Assembly (NCBI GenBank): GCA_030699905.1 | Contig: JAUYKQ010000025.1 | Span: 1 to 55,206 of the forward strand | DNA length: 55,206 nt | Reading direction: 5' to 3' | Source of the DNA: a bacterium | GTDB lineage: Bacteria > Patescibacteriota > Minisyncoccia > Phycocordibacterales > GCA-002787175 | Shown: positions 7,280 through 15,781 of the stretch, one piece after another | Layout: every line of letters begins with the position of its first letter | How positions within the stretch are numbered: position 1 is the stretch's first letter | Notes under the pieces: generated by a model | The model's database searches: none | What the model was told of the DNA's origin: nothing | The model's input: only the letters and a program-made list of their open reading frames with translations | Program-made: the position numbers and the translations under genes

Positions 7280-10200
7280 TTATTCGCCATCTGAATCACC
7301 TTCGTCATCTTCCCCTTCCTCTCCATCTTCCTCTGCTTCCTCGTCCTCATCTTCTTCGCCTTTTTTCCCATCTTCTCCTTCACTCCCTTCTTCATCACCA
7401 TCTTCTGTTCCTTCTTCTTTTTCTGTTTCTTCTTCCTCCGCCATACCGGCCCATGGAATAAACAAAACATTTCCGAAAACCACATCTCCCAAACCAGCCG
7501 GATTATCCGTTTCGTGTTTCGGCCCGGACAAATCTCCCCAATCGTTGTTTTTCGCTTCAACCGGTTCATCCGTGGCGGAATAAACGGCCGTTTCATTGGC
7601 GAAAAACTCGCTCCCGCTTATTAAAACTTGACCGCCGTAAACTTCGGCCCCGATACCGTTTCCCGATATATCGCTTTGCTCTACCGAAAGTTTTCCTCCA
7701 TAGATACTGATTCCAACGTTGCTGTACGATATTTCTGAATTTGAAATCTCCGTTTCGCCGTCGTAAATTTCAACCCCTATATCATTTAGAGTAATCTCGC
7801 TATCTTTTATTTCCACGACTCCCCCGTAAACTTCAATGGCCGTACCGGAAAAGTTTTCGGCTTTTATGTCTTCCAGCAAAAGGGTTCCGCCGTCCTCGTT
7901 ATATACTTCAATACCGCTACCTAAACCTCCGGCAAAATAAACGCGGTATATTTCAGCATCGCTTGAATACAGAGCAAGGGCGGCATTGTCCGCAATATTT
8001 TTTATTTCACCGTCTTCAAAATGAAGAGACGAACCTTCATATGCGACAATCACATCTTCTTGCATAATGTCTGAAAAAACCGCTTCCGAAAGGACGAGGG
8101 AACCGCCGTCATAGACGAGAACCGCTTCGTTTTCAATCCTTTCGGCGAAAAATTCGGACACGGAAACTTCGGTCGGACCAGCCACCACCAGCGCATTCTC
8201 GCTGTCAGATACGGAAATATCGGTCGCGGTGAAATAACCACCGTTTAGGAATTCAATGCCCTCTCCCCACTTCAGAGCAATGTGCGACAAAACCGAATCC
8301 TCCGCTTCTTTGTAAACAAGGAATTTCCACGGCTTTACGGCATCAGGAGAAGTGTCGCCGTCGCCATTTGTGTCCCCTCCCGATTCGTCGTCAAATATGG
8401 AAGTCAAAACCACAGGACTTTCTTTTGTCCCTCCAGAAATGAATTTGCCGGAAAGATAAAGAGAAGCGCCAGGAGCGAATTTTATAACTGTTCCCTCTTC
8501 TGCCTGAAAGACAGCGCCGGACAAAACGACCTGATCCTTCGCTATGAGATAAGGCCCTTCCGAAGCGGCGACTCTCACTTCACCCGCGATATGCTCCCCT
8601 TTGTTTATAAGATACGAAACGCTATTTTTAACTCCCGGTGTTCCGTTTACACTGTTCCCTTCGGCGTCTTTTCCCCTACGTATGATTTCAAGATTGTTGC
8701 CCCAATTTTCAGAGTCGGCTCCCGACAAAAAACTGTTTCGTCTTTCCATGGAAAGTTTTCCTGCATTTTCTCCAGCTGTCCATCCGGAATCCGCGTCGGG
8801 AGTGGAATCAAACGTTACGTCATTGAAATTCAGCTCAAGCTTTCCACCTCCGTTTGAAAGAGACCACTGTGACGCCCCGTTTCCGTAAAGCATATCGGGC
8901 GCCACGTCTGAAAAGGGCCCCGTCTCGTCCGTGGCATTTGCCATGCGTCCCAATACGAAATGTGACATAGGAGCAATCTCTCCCGAAAGCTCTATTTCCA
9001 AATCGTCAGAAACAGCTCGGATAGACCAGCCGGATAAATTTATGGAAAACGGCGTATTATTGTAAAGTTCCAGCCACTCGTGCCTTGAATTATCTTCCGT
9101 CCCCATCCATGCCACTTCGTTTATGACTACGGGAGAAGTGAAAACGGAAACTTCCATCGCACTTGTAGTAGACATGTTACCCGCGCCGTCCTCGGCCGAG
9201 ACCGAAACAGAGTGAGAACCGCCGTCTGACAGAGAGGCAACAGTGCTTGTCGCCTCTGTGGAAGAAACCTCCCCGTCAATATTCAAAAAATAATGAGTCA
9301 CGTCGTCTCCGGTAGACGTCCAATGAATATAAACTTCCGTATCAGTCAAAAGACAGCCGTCCTCCGCAAGAGAACTCTCGCAAGCCGGAATATAAATACT
9401 GACTTCCGGTGACTGAGAGTCCACGCTGAAAGAAACAGTCGTCGGATCGGAAACATTGTCGCTCTCGTCCGTTGCAAAAAAAGATATGTCATGTTCACCG
9501 TCTTCAAAAGACAGAGTCAAAGACCAGATGCCACTTTCGGAGACAATGGATGTTTCCGAGTTGAAGCTGTTGCTTACAGTGGTGGCGCCTTCCGCGACAC
9601 CGCTAAATATCAATATCCCGTCTGTAAACACTTCGGAAAAATCCGCCGGCTCCGTGACAGAGGGTGACTCCGGCGGTTTGGTCTCTGAACTTTCCTTGTC
9701 GGTAACGTCTTCAACAGTCAAACTACTCTCGCCTTTTCGGCTTCCTCCGCCGGAGCCACCCGAGAGTCCCGAAAACACCACAGCCACTTCTTTCAAATCT
9801 TGTGACTGCGGGGAAAAAGAAGAGTCGGCCAAAGCGGGCGGATTGTTTTGGCTGTCCAAAACAATCCGCCCGTTTTCACCCCCCGCCTCCGCTACAGCCG
9901 ATACTTCCTCTTCGTCCCCCCTACTGTTATCCACCTCTCGCGAATTAAAAAGCCCCTCCACGTTTTCACCGCTTACTGCGCCTGAGTCGCCTATGTTTTG
10001 AGATGTATTCTGCGCCACTACAGAAGAAGACACTTTGTCAGAAGAGTCCGTGGCTACGGCGGAAGACGCCACCAGTGTTTCAGGGTCAACGTCTTCTAAA
10101 ACGGAAAACAGGAGCTTCCCCGCTCCGGACACCGCCCCTAAAACAGCTCGGCCTGTTTTGTGAGCAACTTTCGCGGAAACCTCCGCAGTTTTCATTACAC

Positions 10201-11140
10201 CACTGCCTATCGCGGTAACCGCTTTTGTTCCTGTTTCGGTTACCACCTCTCCGGTTTTATAAACGGCCTTGGTTGTAACCGAGGCCACTTTGACAGCGCC
10301 CTCCGCCGTGGGGTCAGCTAACGTAAACATTAGACCTGTCGCCTTATGAAAAAAGGACAGCTCCACAGGGTCAATGCATTTCCCTTCCCCATCTCCCCGC
10401 GTCTCAAGTTTTTCCAAAGCCGTTTTTATATCCGAAACGATTCTCCCTCCCTCATACTTTAAATACGTCTCCGAAAAGCTGTGGCCGGAAGGATCGTTTT
10501 CATTTTTTTCAATGGAAACATTCGGTGCCATTATTCCACCTATAAATTTCGCCTCTTTAACCACTTTGGCTATGACTGTGTCGTTGTCGGACGTAATCCA
10601 ACGGCCACCGCCGGCCACCCAACTGGTGGGAGTGGCCACGCTATAGACACCTATAGAGCCGACCGGCACTCCACCGTCTTTGCCCGCCACAGCCGTGTAA
10701 ATACTGTTAGCATAAAAATTGCCCTGTGAATGGGCAACTAAAAGAACCTTTTGAGTTTTAACTTTCTCGCTCGCGTCCCTGAGCATTTCTCTAAAATCGT
10801 AGTCGTCAGACACGCCGTTTTCGTCATCGTAAAGGCCTTGAAGAATGGACTTTGTAATGTCGCCAAACCCAGCCAAGTGGGATGGGTTGTGGAGGTAGTC
10901 AATGGTTACTGGTTCAGACTTAAAAACTTGCGGTAATTGCCGTCTTAAGTTGTCGTTGTTTCTCTTTGCTCCATCTTCGTCAGTGAAAACCCCATTTATT
11001 GTCAAAATTGTATAACCTAAAGAAAAACAACTTTGATTTTGTGCTTGAACGGAATGACCGGGCAACAAAAACAGTATTATGACCGGCAAATACAAACTAA
11101 CTACTAATTCTCTATATTTTCTTGATGGGACGTAAAGCAT
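7280..11140 (-). CDS. 1286-aa secreted multidomain protein: esterase/lipase-like, Ig-like, lamin-tail (LTD) and parallel beta-helix repeats, plus poly-acidic tail
   Basis: Signal peptide LYLPVIILFLLPGHSVQAQ. LLVAHSQGNFY nucleophile elbow. VVINEVAWMGTEDNSRHEWLELYNNTPFSINLSGWSI (LTD). Repeated G(I/V)(E/S)(V/I)YGG beta-helix turns. C-terminal EEEETEKEEGTEDGDEEGSEGEDG... Confidence 0.8.
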   Translation of the reverse strand: MLYVPSRKYRELVVSLYLPVIILFLLPGHSVQAQNQSCFSLGYTILTINGVFTDEDGAKRNNDNLRRQLPQVFKSEPVTIDYLHNPSHLAGFGDITKSILQGLYDDENGVSDDYDFREMLRDASEKVKTQKVLLVAHSQGNFYANSIYTAVAGKDGGVPVGSIGVYSVATPTSWVAGGGRWITSDNDTVIAKVVKEAKFIGGIMAPNVSIEKNENDPSGHSFSETYLKYEGGRIVSDIKTALEKLETRGDGEGKCIDPVELSFFHKATGLMFTLADPTAEGAVKVASVTTKAVYKTGEVVTETGTKAVTAIGSGVMKTAEVSAKVAHKTGRAVLGAVSGAGKLLFSVLEDVDPETLVASSAVATDSSDKVSSSVVAQNTSQNIGDSGAVSGENVEGLFNSREVDNSRGDEEEVSAVAEAGGENGRIVLDSQNNPPALADSSFSPQSQDLKEVAVVFSGLSGGSGGGSRKGESSLTVEDVTDKESSETKPPESPSVTEPADFSEVFTDGILIFSGVAEGATTVSNSFNSETSIVSESGIWSLTLSFEDGEHDISFFATDESDNVSDPTTVSFSVDSQSPEVSIYIPACESSLAEDGCLLTDTEVYIHWTSTGDDVTHYFLNIDGEVSSTEATSTVASLSDGGSHSVSVSAEDGAGNMSTTSAMEVSVFTSPVVINEVAWMGTEDNSRHEWLELYNNTPFSINLSGWSIRAVSDDLEIELSGEIAPMSHFVLGRMANATDETGPFSDVAPDMLYGNGASQWSLSNGGGKLELNFNDVTFDSTPDADSGWTAGENAGKLSMERRNSFLSGADSENWGNNLEIIRRGKDAEGNSVNGTPGVKNSVSYLINKGEHIAGEVRVAASEGPYLIAKDQVVLSGAVFQAEEGTVIKFAPGASLYLSGKFISGGTKESPVVLTSIFDDESGGDTNGDGDTSPDAVKPWKFLVYKEAEDSVLSHIALKWGEGIEFLNGGYFTATDISVSDSENALVVAGPTEVSVSEFFAERIENEAVLVYDGGSLVLSEAVFSDIMQEDVIVAYEGSSLHFEDGEIKNIADNAALALYSSDAEIYRVYFAGGLGSGIEVYNEDGGTLLLEDIKAENFSGTAIEVYGGVVEIKDSEITLNDIGVEIYDGETEISNSEISYSNVGISIYGGKLSVEQSDISGNGIGAEVYGGQVLISGSEFFANETAVYSATDEPVEAKNNDWGDLSGPKHETDNPAGLGDVVFGNVLFIPWAGMAEEEETEKEEGTEDGDEEGSEGEDGKKGEEDEDEEAEEDGEEGEDDEGDSDGE

Positions 11141-11160
11141 GAATTTGTGCAGTGTTTAGA

Positions 11161-11811
11161 CTAATTTTGGAAGTTTGATACGTCAATATCACAGACAGGT
11201 TTAGGAGAGTTAGAATAAGACCCCAAATAGCTGTAGAACTTCTCCTTTACAGTCTTTCTGTAACTATTGTTAAGATGCTTTTCATCGACAAAACTCATGT
11301 ATTCATTAATCTTCTCTAAGTCACTGTAACTCCTGGATGATTCCGGACCTTCCCTGGGGACCATAACATCAGCGATGCAATCACCCGCTCTCGAGTTTTC
11401 TTCAATTACGGCATTTACCGTCCCCTCATTCACCACATCCTGTGTCATCTCCAGCTGGAGCGCAAGAGCATACTGCAAAAGTGCCGCTCTTGTTTTAGCG
11501 GAGTCAGGATATTTATCAAAAATCGCCAGCTCCACATCATCTCTTATTCCATTCCCGTTCGCGTCTATTCCCTCCACCGTATCATCGGCCTCTTCCCCAG
11601 GGTCAGGCGGAAGGTTTTCTCCCATCACATCGGCCAGGGTCAATTTAGTCGCGTGTATCTTCTCCACCTCCCTCTCCGTCCTATCCTCCAAGCCCAAATA
11701 TATGGCCCTGCCTATCACCAAAACAACAAACCCTAATACCAAAATACCTGCCACCCATTTGACTATTTTAATCATAAATTTCATTGTAGCAAAACTTTCT
11801 CCCCCCGCCAT
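11161..11811 (-). CDS. membrane-anchored hypothetical protein (start uncertain: 11811, 11784 or 11775)
   Basis: 216-aa ORF with one N-terminal TM (VKWVAGILVLGFVVLVIGRAIYL). 21 nt downstream of it lies the 7280 gene start. Confidence 0.6.
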   Translation of the reverse strand: MAGGESFATMKFMIKIVKWVAGILVLGFVVLVIGRAIYLGLEDRTEREVEKIHATKLTLADVMGENLPPDPGEEADDTVEGIDANGNGIRDDVELAIFDKYPDSAKTRAALLQYALALQLEMTQDVVNEGTVNAVIEENSRAGDCIADVMVPREGPESSRSYSDLEKINEYMSFVDEKHLNNSYRKTVKEKFYSYLGSYSNSPKPVCDIDVSNFQN

Positions 11812-11880
11812 TCCAAGTGTGGATAACTGATTGTATCAACTACAGAGTGTCAATGTCCACAATGAATGTGCTAAACTTCA

Positions 11881-11913
11881 AAAACGCCTAATACTGGCAG
11901 TATTAGGCGTTTT
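11881..11913 (-). terminator. intrinsic terminator (bidirectional shape)
   Basis: aaaacgcctaatact-ggc-agtattaggcgtttt. Confidence 0.7.
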
Positions 11914-11974
11914 TGCGTTGCTGATATCACTACCAGGTATTGATACAACAGAGCCCGTACCGTATCACAGTTGA

Positions 11975-12002
11975 TTGACGTTATCGGACAATGTAGTAAA
12001 AT
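11975..12002 (+). promoter_or_regulatory. sigma70-like promoter candidate
   Basis: TTGACG (11975-80), 16-nt spacer, TAAAAT (11997-12002). Confidence 0.4.
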
Positions 12003-12008
12003 CTAAAT

Positions 12009-12137
12009 ACACGTTTCTTTTTACGGTTCAGCTAGAGATACGCCACGGCGCGTGTGCGTCGAAAGGCGGTAAAGGCCATGGTATTGCTCATAGAAACGTG
12101 TTCCCGCAGACCGAAAGGTTTGCGGGATTTTTTTAAT
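12009..12137 (+). ncRNA. candidate about 130-nt small RNA (promoter to intrinsic terminator, no ORF)
   Basis: Long-range stem cacgtttct/agaaacgtg. Internal GAAA-capped hairpin gcgtc-gaaa-ggcg. Terminator cccgcagacc-gaaa-ggtttgcggg followed by TTTTTTT at 12105-12137. Confidence 0.35.
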
Positions 12138-12284
12138 TTACCCTGCAATTTCCTTAACGCTCTCTCCCCTCTTTCTTTCAATCTCATAAAATCCCACAGC
12201 CACAAAAACAACAACAGCCAGTCCCAACATGGCCATAAAACCCACTAAAAATTTAAAAAATGTTTTGTTAAAAACTCCGTTCAT
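12138..12284 (-). CDS. possible 48-aa single-TM peptide (below ORF-track cutoff)
   Basis: Manual translation: MNGVFNKTFFKFLVGFMAMLGLAVVVFVAVGFYEIERKRGESVKEIAG*. No obvious SD. Convergent with the candidate sRNA. Confidence 0.3.
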   Translation of the reverse strand: MNGVFNKTFFKFLVGFMAMLGLAVVVFVAVGFYEIERKRGESVKEIAG

Positions 12285-12322
12285 GGTGGATAAACTTACA
12301 AATAGAGCGTACGAATAATTTT

Positions 12323-12451
12323 GAATTACGAAATAAGGCAGGCACCCCCCACGAGGAAAGTCACAAAAAAGTGACTAAGACCGGGCAAGCGCCCTTGGAG
12401 CGGTCACTTTTTGGGGAGCTTTCCGAGTGGGGGGCAGATGTTTCGTAATTC
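12323..12451. repeat. MITE-like palindromic element, copy B (inverted relative to copy D)
   Basis: gaattacgaaata...cccccacgaggaaagtcacaaaaaagtgactaagaccgggcaagcgcccttggagcggtcacttttt...tttcgtaattc. Confidence 0.85.
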
Positions 12452-12616
12452 AAAGATTTGACTAAATTGTAACCCGCCTATTGATTTAATGCCAACTTTT
12501 CGGGCGTAACCCCTCACACCTATCAGAAAGTGGTTTTATTCCTCCTTTTTAAAGGAGGTGTCACATTCTTATGTGACGGAGGATTTCCAAAATCCCTCCC
12601 CCCCCGCGTCCCCTCG

Positions 12617-14821
12617 TTACTCGCCTTTCATTTCTTGAACGGCCTCCACAAAAGCAGGGTCACTATCGAAAACCTCCGGCGCCTCTTTTCTGACTATCTC
12701 GGCCAGTCGCAAAGATTCTTCAAGATCGCCCGTCAAAAAGTTTAATTTCGCAAGTTCATAAACAGCCGTATAGTCATGAGAATCGCCTTCCACCACATCT
12801 TCCATAAAAAACTTGGCCGTCTCCCAGTCCCGCACTCCGATATAATACGGAAGCGCTTGGCCGGCCACCTTTGCGTCACTTGTATAGTATTCAAGACCCT
12901 TGCCCGACTCTTCGGCCGCCCGTTCGCTTTCCCCCATTGCCCTGTATAAATTGGCGATGACGAAATACGGCTCCGGGTCTTTAGGAACCCTGGTTATGTA
13001 TTCTCTCAAAATATCTATCGCTTGCCCATACGCCTCCATTTTTTCCGCCGACGATACGTCCGCCCCTTGTCGTATGAAAATATTGGCCTTCAAAAACCAC
13101 GGCTGACTTCTTTTTGGAGAAATGTTTATGGTTTTTTCTATTATTTCCTCCAAAAACTTTGTGTCTCTTTCCGCTTCCATCGGCGTGAGGTCTAAAACAT
13201 GCGCGAGGTACATGGCCGTGCGACCGTCATAAGGATATTTTTCCAAGTTTTGAGATAAGATTTTCACCGCGTATTCAAAAGCCAAAACCCGCTCATCGCC
13301 GGAGAGCATTGTTACTTGTCTGTCCGTGTACATGGAATATGCCTGATAGCCGTATTCCAAATCAGCGTATGTGTTGAGCGATAGACCCTTTTCAAAATAT
13401 TCCACGGCTTTCCCTACATCAGAAACGTGTTTATTGTATCCCGAAGCCAAAGCAATATTGGCCCGAAGAGGTGTTACAAAAATCGGCAAAACCAAAGACA
13501 AAACCAAAAGTCCCGCGATAGAAGCCAAAACGGCACGTGGACGAAAAACAGACCCTTTTTTGATTTCCTTCTCCTCTGAAAATATAAAGACCGAACCGGT
13601 AAAAACAAACAAGAGCCATAGCGTCATGGCCGTGTCAAAGACAAAGAAATTGTGTATGGAATAGAACATGGCCATTGCCAAGAAAAATATTCCGTTAACA
13701 TCTCCTTTTTTCCACATTTTCCAGCCGAGAAACCCGAGAAGCAGAATAACTCCGCAATAGAAAAACAAACCGAAAATTCCGTACTGCAGTAGATAGTCAA
13801 AAAAAGAATTATGAGACCGGTCAAACCACTGTTCTTTTATTTGAGTGGGGTCGTAGACCTCGTTAAACAAAGGCGCTATATGCTCCGCTCCGTAGCCCAG
13901 TATCGGCTTTTCCGCCACTTTTGGCAAAAAACTTTTCCAAATAAACAGACGGCTTGAAATCGTACTTTCACTTACGGACACAAGAGCCAAACGGCTTATC
14001 GGCTCAAAAGGAATTTTAGCTATCTCCGAGCGGAAAGTGAAAAACGTCCCCCCTAATATGGCAACGGCTACGACAAAAATACGCGCCCAGAAACGGAGTT
14101 TGGGATGAGTCGCCCTGAAACTCGCGTAAATCAAAGCTACCGCGCCTATGATGATAAAAGCCAGCATCGCGCCACGGGTGGCGGTCAGAAATATCACAAT
14201 GGCCTGCAGGAGTGCGCCGCCGTAGGCGGCGCTCTGCCACTTCCCTTTTAGTTCCGTCGCCGTCGCCAAAGTGGCAAAAAACGTCATTCCCAGATACCCC
14301 GCCAGAAACGCGGCGTTGCCAAATGTTCCACCGATACGCCCGCGCGGCTCGTCAACAATCGGGAAATTTATTCCCAAAGAGACCTCCAGCCATTGAACCA
14401 AAGCAAAGACCGCGGTAAGAGTCCCCACCCACGCCACCGTCTTATACAAAACGGAAAGAAACTTTTTATCCGCGTAAAGCACCACAAGGTAAAAAAAACC
14501 GACCGCGGAAAGCAGTGTCAAAAGTCCGTCCCCTCTTTCAAATGTGGACCAGAAACTGTGGTAGAAATCCACGCCCAAAGCCGAAGTCAGAAAAGCCACC
14601 GCGACAAGTCCCGCCGGAATCCAAACAACTTTGTTTTTCAACCTCCCCCAATAAAATTCTCTGCCGGAAAAAACAAGATAGACGAAACAAGCAAAAGCTA
14701 AAACAAAGAGCCCCCTAAAAAGAAGCGTTTTGAGCGTTACGTGCGGAAAAAGCAATCCGTCAACAAAGACAAGCGGTAAAACGACGGGAGCAATAAGCAA
14801 CCAGTGAAAAAAATTATACAT
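12617..14821 (-). CDS. O-antigen ligase/polymerase-like polytopic membrane protein with C-terminal TPR domain
   Basis: 734 aa. About 12 TM helices in the N-terminal 430 aa, then TPR-like repeats (AVEYFEKGLSLN, YRAMGESERAAEESGKGLEYY). Confidence 0.75.
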   Translation of the reverse strand: MYNFFHWLLIAPVVLPLVFVDGLLFPHVTLKTLLFRGLFVLAFACFVYLVFSGREFYWGRLKNKVVWIPAGLVAVAFLTSALGVDFYHSFWSTFERGDGLLTLLSAVGFFYLVVLYADKKFLSVLYKTVAWVGTLTAVFALVQWLEVSLGINFPIVDEPRGRIGGTFGNAAFLAGYLGMTFFATLATATELKGKWQSAAYGGALLQAIVIFLTATRGAMLAFIIIGAVALIYASFRATHPKLRFWARIFVVAVAILGGTFFTFRSEIAKIPFEPISRLALVSVSESTISSRLFIWKSFLPKVAEKPILGYGAEHIAPLFNEVYDPTQIKEQWFDRSHNSFFDYLLQYGIFGLFFYCGVILLLGFLGWKMWKKGDVNGIFFLAMAMFYSIHNFFVFDTAMTLWLLFVFTGSVFIFSEEKEIKKGSVFRPRAVLASIAGLLVLSLVLPIFVTPLRANIALASGYNKHVSDVGKAVEYFEKGLSLNTYADLEYGYQAYSMYTDRQVTMLSGDERVLAFEYAVKILSQNLEKYPYDGRTAMYLAHVLDLTPMEAERDTKFLEEIIEKTINISPKRSQPWFLKANIFIRQGADVSSAEKMEAYGQAIDILREYITRVPKDPEPYFVIANLYRAMGESERAAEESGKGLEYYTSDAKVAGQALPYYIGVRDWETAKFFMEDVVEGDSHDYTAVYELAKLNFLTGDLEESLRLAEIVRKEAPEVFDSDPAFVEAVQEMKGE

Positions 14822-14899
14822 AATCCAAATCTACAAAACAGAACTTATGATTTTTAAAATGCCGCAGGTTCAGGTCTTTAAACACTTCCTTTTATCCGA

Positions 14900-15463
14900 T
14901 TAATACTCCCCCGCTTGCCCCGCCTCCTCTTTTACCGCTTTTATTTCTTCCTCGTTTTCAGGGAAATATCTTTCCAGAAAATTTATCTTTGCGTTGTAAT
15001 AAACCGGTATGGGCTGGGCTTCAATAGCGCGGTCATACGCTTCACGGGCGCTGTCTAACGCCCCGAGCTGAACCATCAAAGCTCCCATATTATTCCAAGC
15101 CAATCCTGAATTTTGAGAATCAATGACAAGCGCTCTGCCCAAGTTTTCATAGGCCTTTTCTCCGTCGCCCAGCGAATCGTACTGGCTTGCCAAGCTTATA
15201 TAAAGTTCGTAGTCCGTGTACTCCCCATTTCCAAAAAGTCCTCTCAATCGCGTGATATTGGCATTGGCTCGCTCTTCAAGTTCTCCCCCGTCCTTGTATG
15301 CCCCTTCAAAGTTCCATGACGAAATAGTGTCAGACGATTTGACGGGATACGGGTGGACAAAAGGCGTTTCCGTTTCAACGTCAGGTTTATTAAATATCCG
15401 AAAACCGATTAGAGCTATAACTACGGCTATAAAAACCCAAATGATAGCATTTTTAGTTTGCAT
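14900..15463 (-). CDS. membrane-anchored TPR-repeat protein
   Basis: N-terminal TM IIWVFIAVVIALIGFRIF. TPR-like YISLASQYDSLGDGEKAYENLGRALVID, MGALMVQLGALDSAREAYDRAIEA. Confidence 0.7.
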   Translation of the reverse strand: MQTKNAIIWVFIAVVIALIGFRIFNKPDVETETPFVHPYPVKSSDTISSWNFEGAYKDGGELEERANANITRLRGLFGNGEYTDYELYISLASQYDSLGDGEKAYENLGRALVIDSQNSGLAWNNMGALMVQLGALDSAREAYDRAIEAQPIPVYYNAKINFLERYFPENEEEIKAVKEEAGQAGEY

Positions 15464-15624
15464 AATTTGATTATATCACAACCGACTTTGGATAAAAACA
15501 ACCCAGTTCTAACTCTAAGTGCAACGCCAATGTGACTGCTCTCACCTCTTATTCATAAATCCTAAATCATAAATCGTATCTCTCGTACCTATCCTTCTTA
15601 ACTAAACTTAATTAAACTTACAAC

Positions 15625-15656
15625 AAAAAACCACACCGTTATGGTGTGGTTTTTTG
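15625..15656 (-). terminator. intrinsic terminator after the surface-protein gene (bidirectional shape)
   Basis: aaaaaaccacacc-gtta-tggtgtggtttttt. Confidence 0.8.
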
Positions 15657-15781
15657 TTTGTTAGACGGAAAGCCCATGGGGCTCTCGTCTATACGTGTCG
15701 GGCCGAAATCCCGACTGGAGGAGAACCGTGAATATTCTTCACGATACCCTTACCAAACCGACTTAGAATCCTGCGGAACGA

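Noticed and set aside
7201-7596. ORFs 7201-7461 (+) and 7249-7596 (-) with HLPLPL... and K-rich repeats
   Set aside because: They are alternative-frame readings of the GAA/GAT-rich DNA encoding the poly-acidic tail of the 1286-aa protein.
12009-12137. Candidate sRNA, considered as SRP (4.5S) RNA because of a GAAA-capped hairpin with internal loops
   Set aside because: The conserved domain IV motifs (GGAA/GNAR loop context with the AGCA and 5' AGG internal-loop residues) are not present.
12350-12362. gaggaaagtc in the MITE-like element, resembling RNase P RNA conserved region I
   Set aside because: It is followed by an A6 tract and its own inverted copy, not by P4/P5 context. It recurs in every copy of the repeat, so the resemblance is coincidental.
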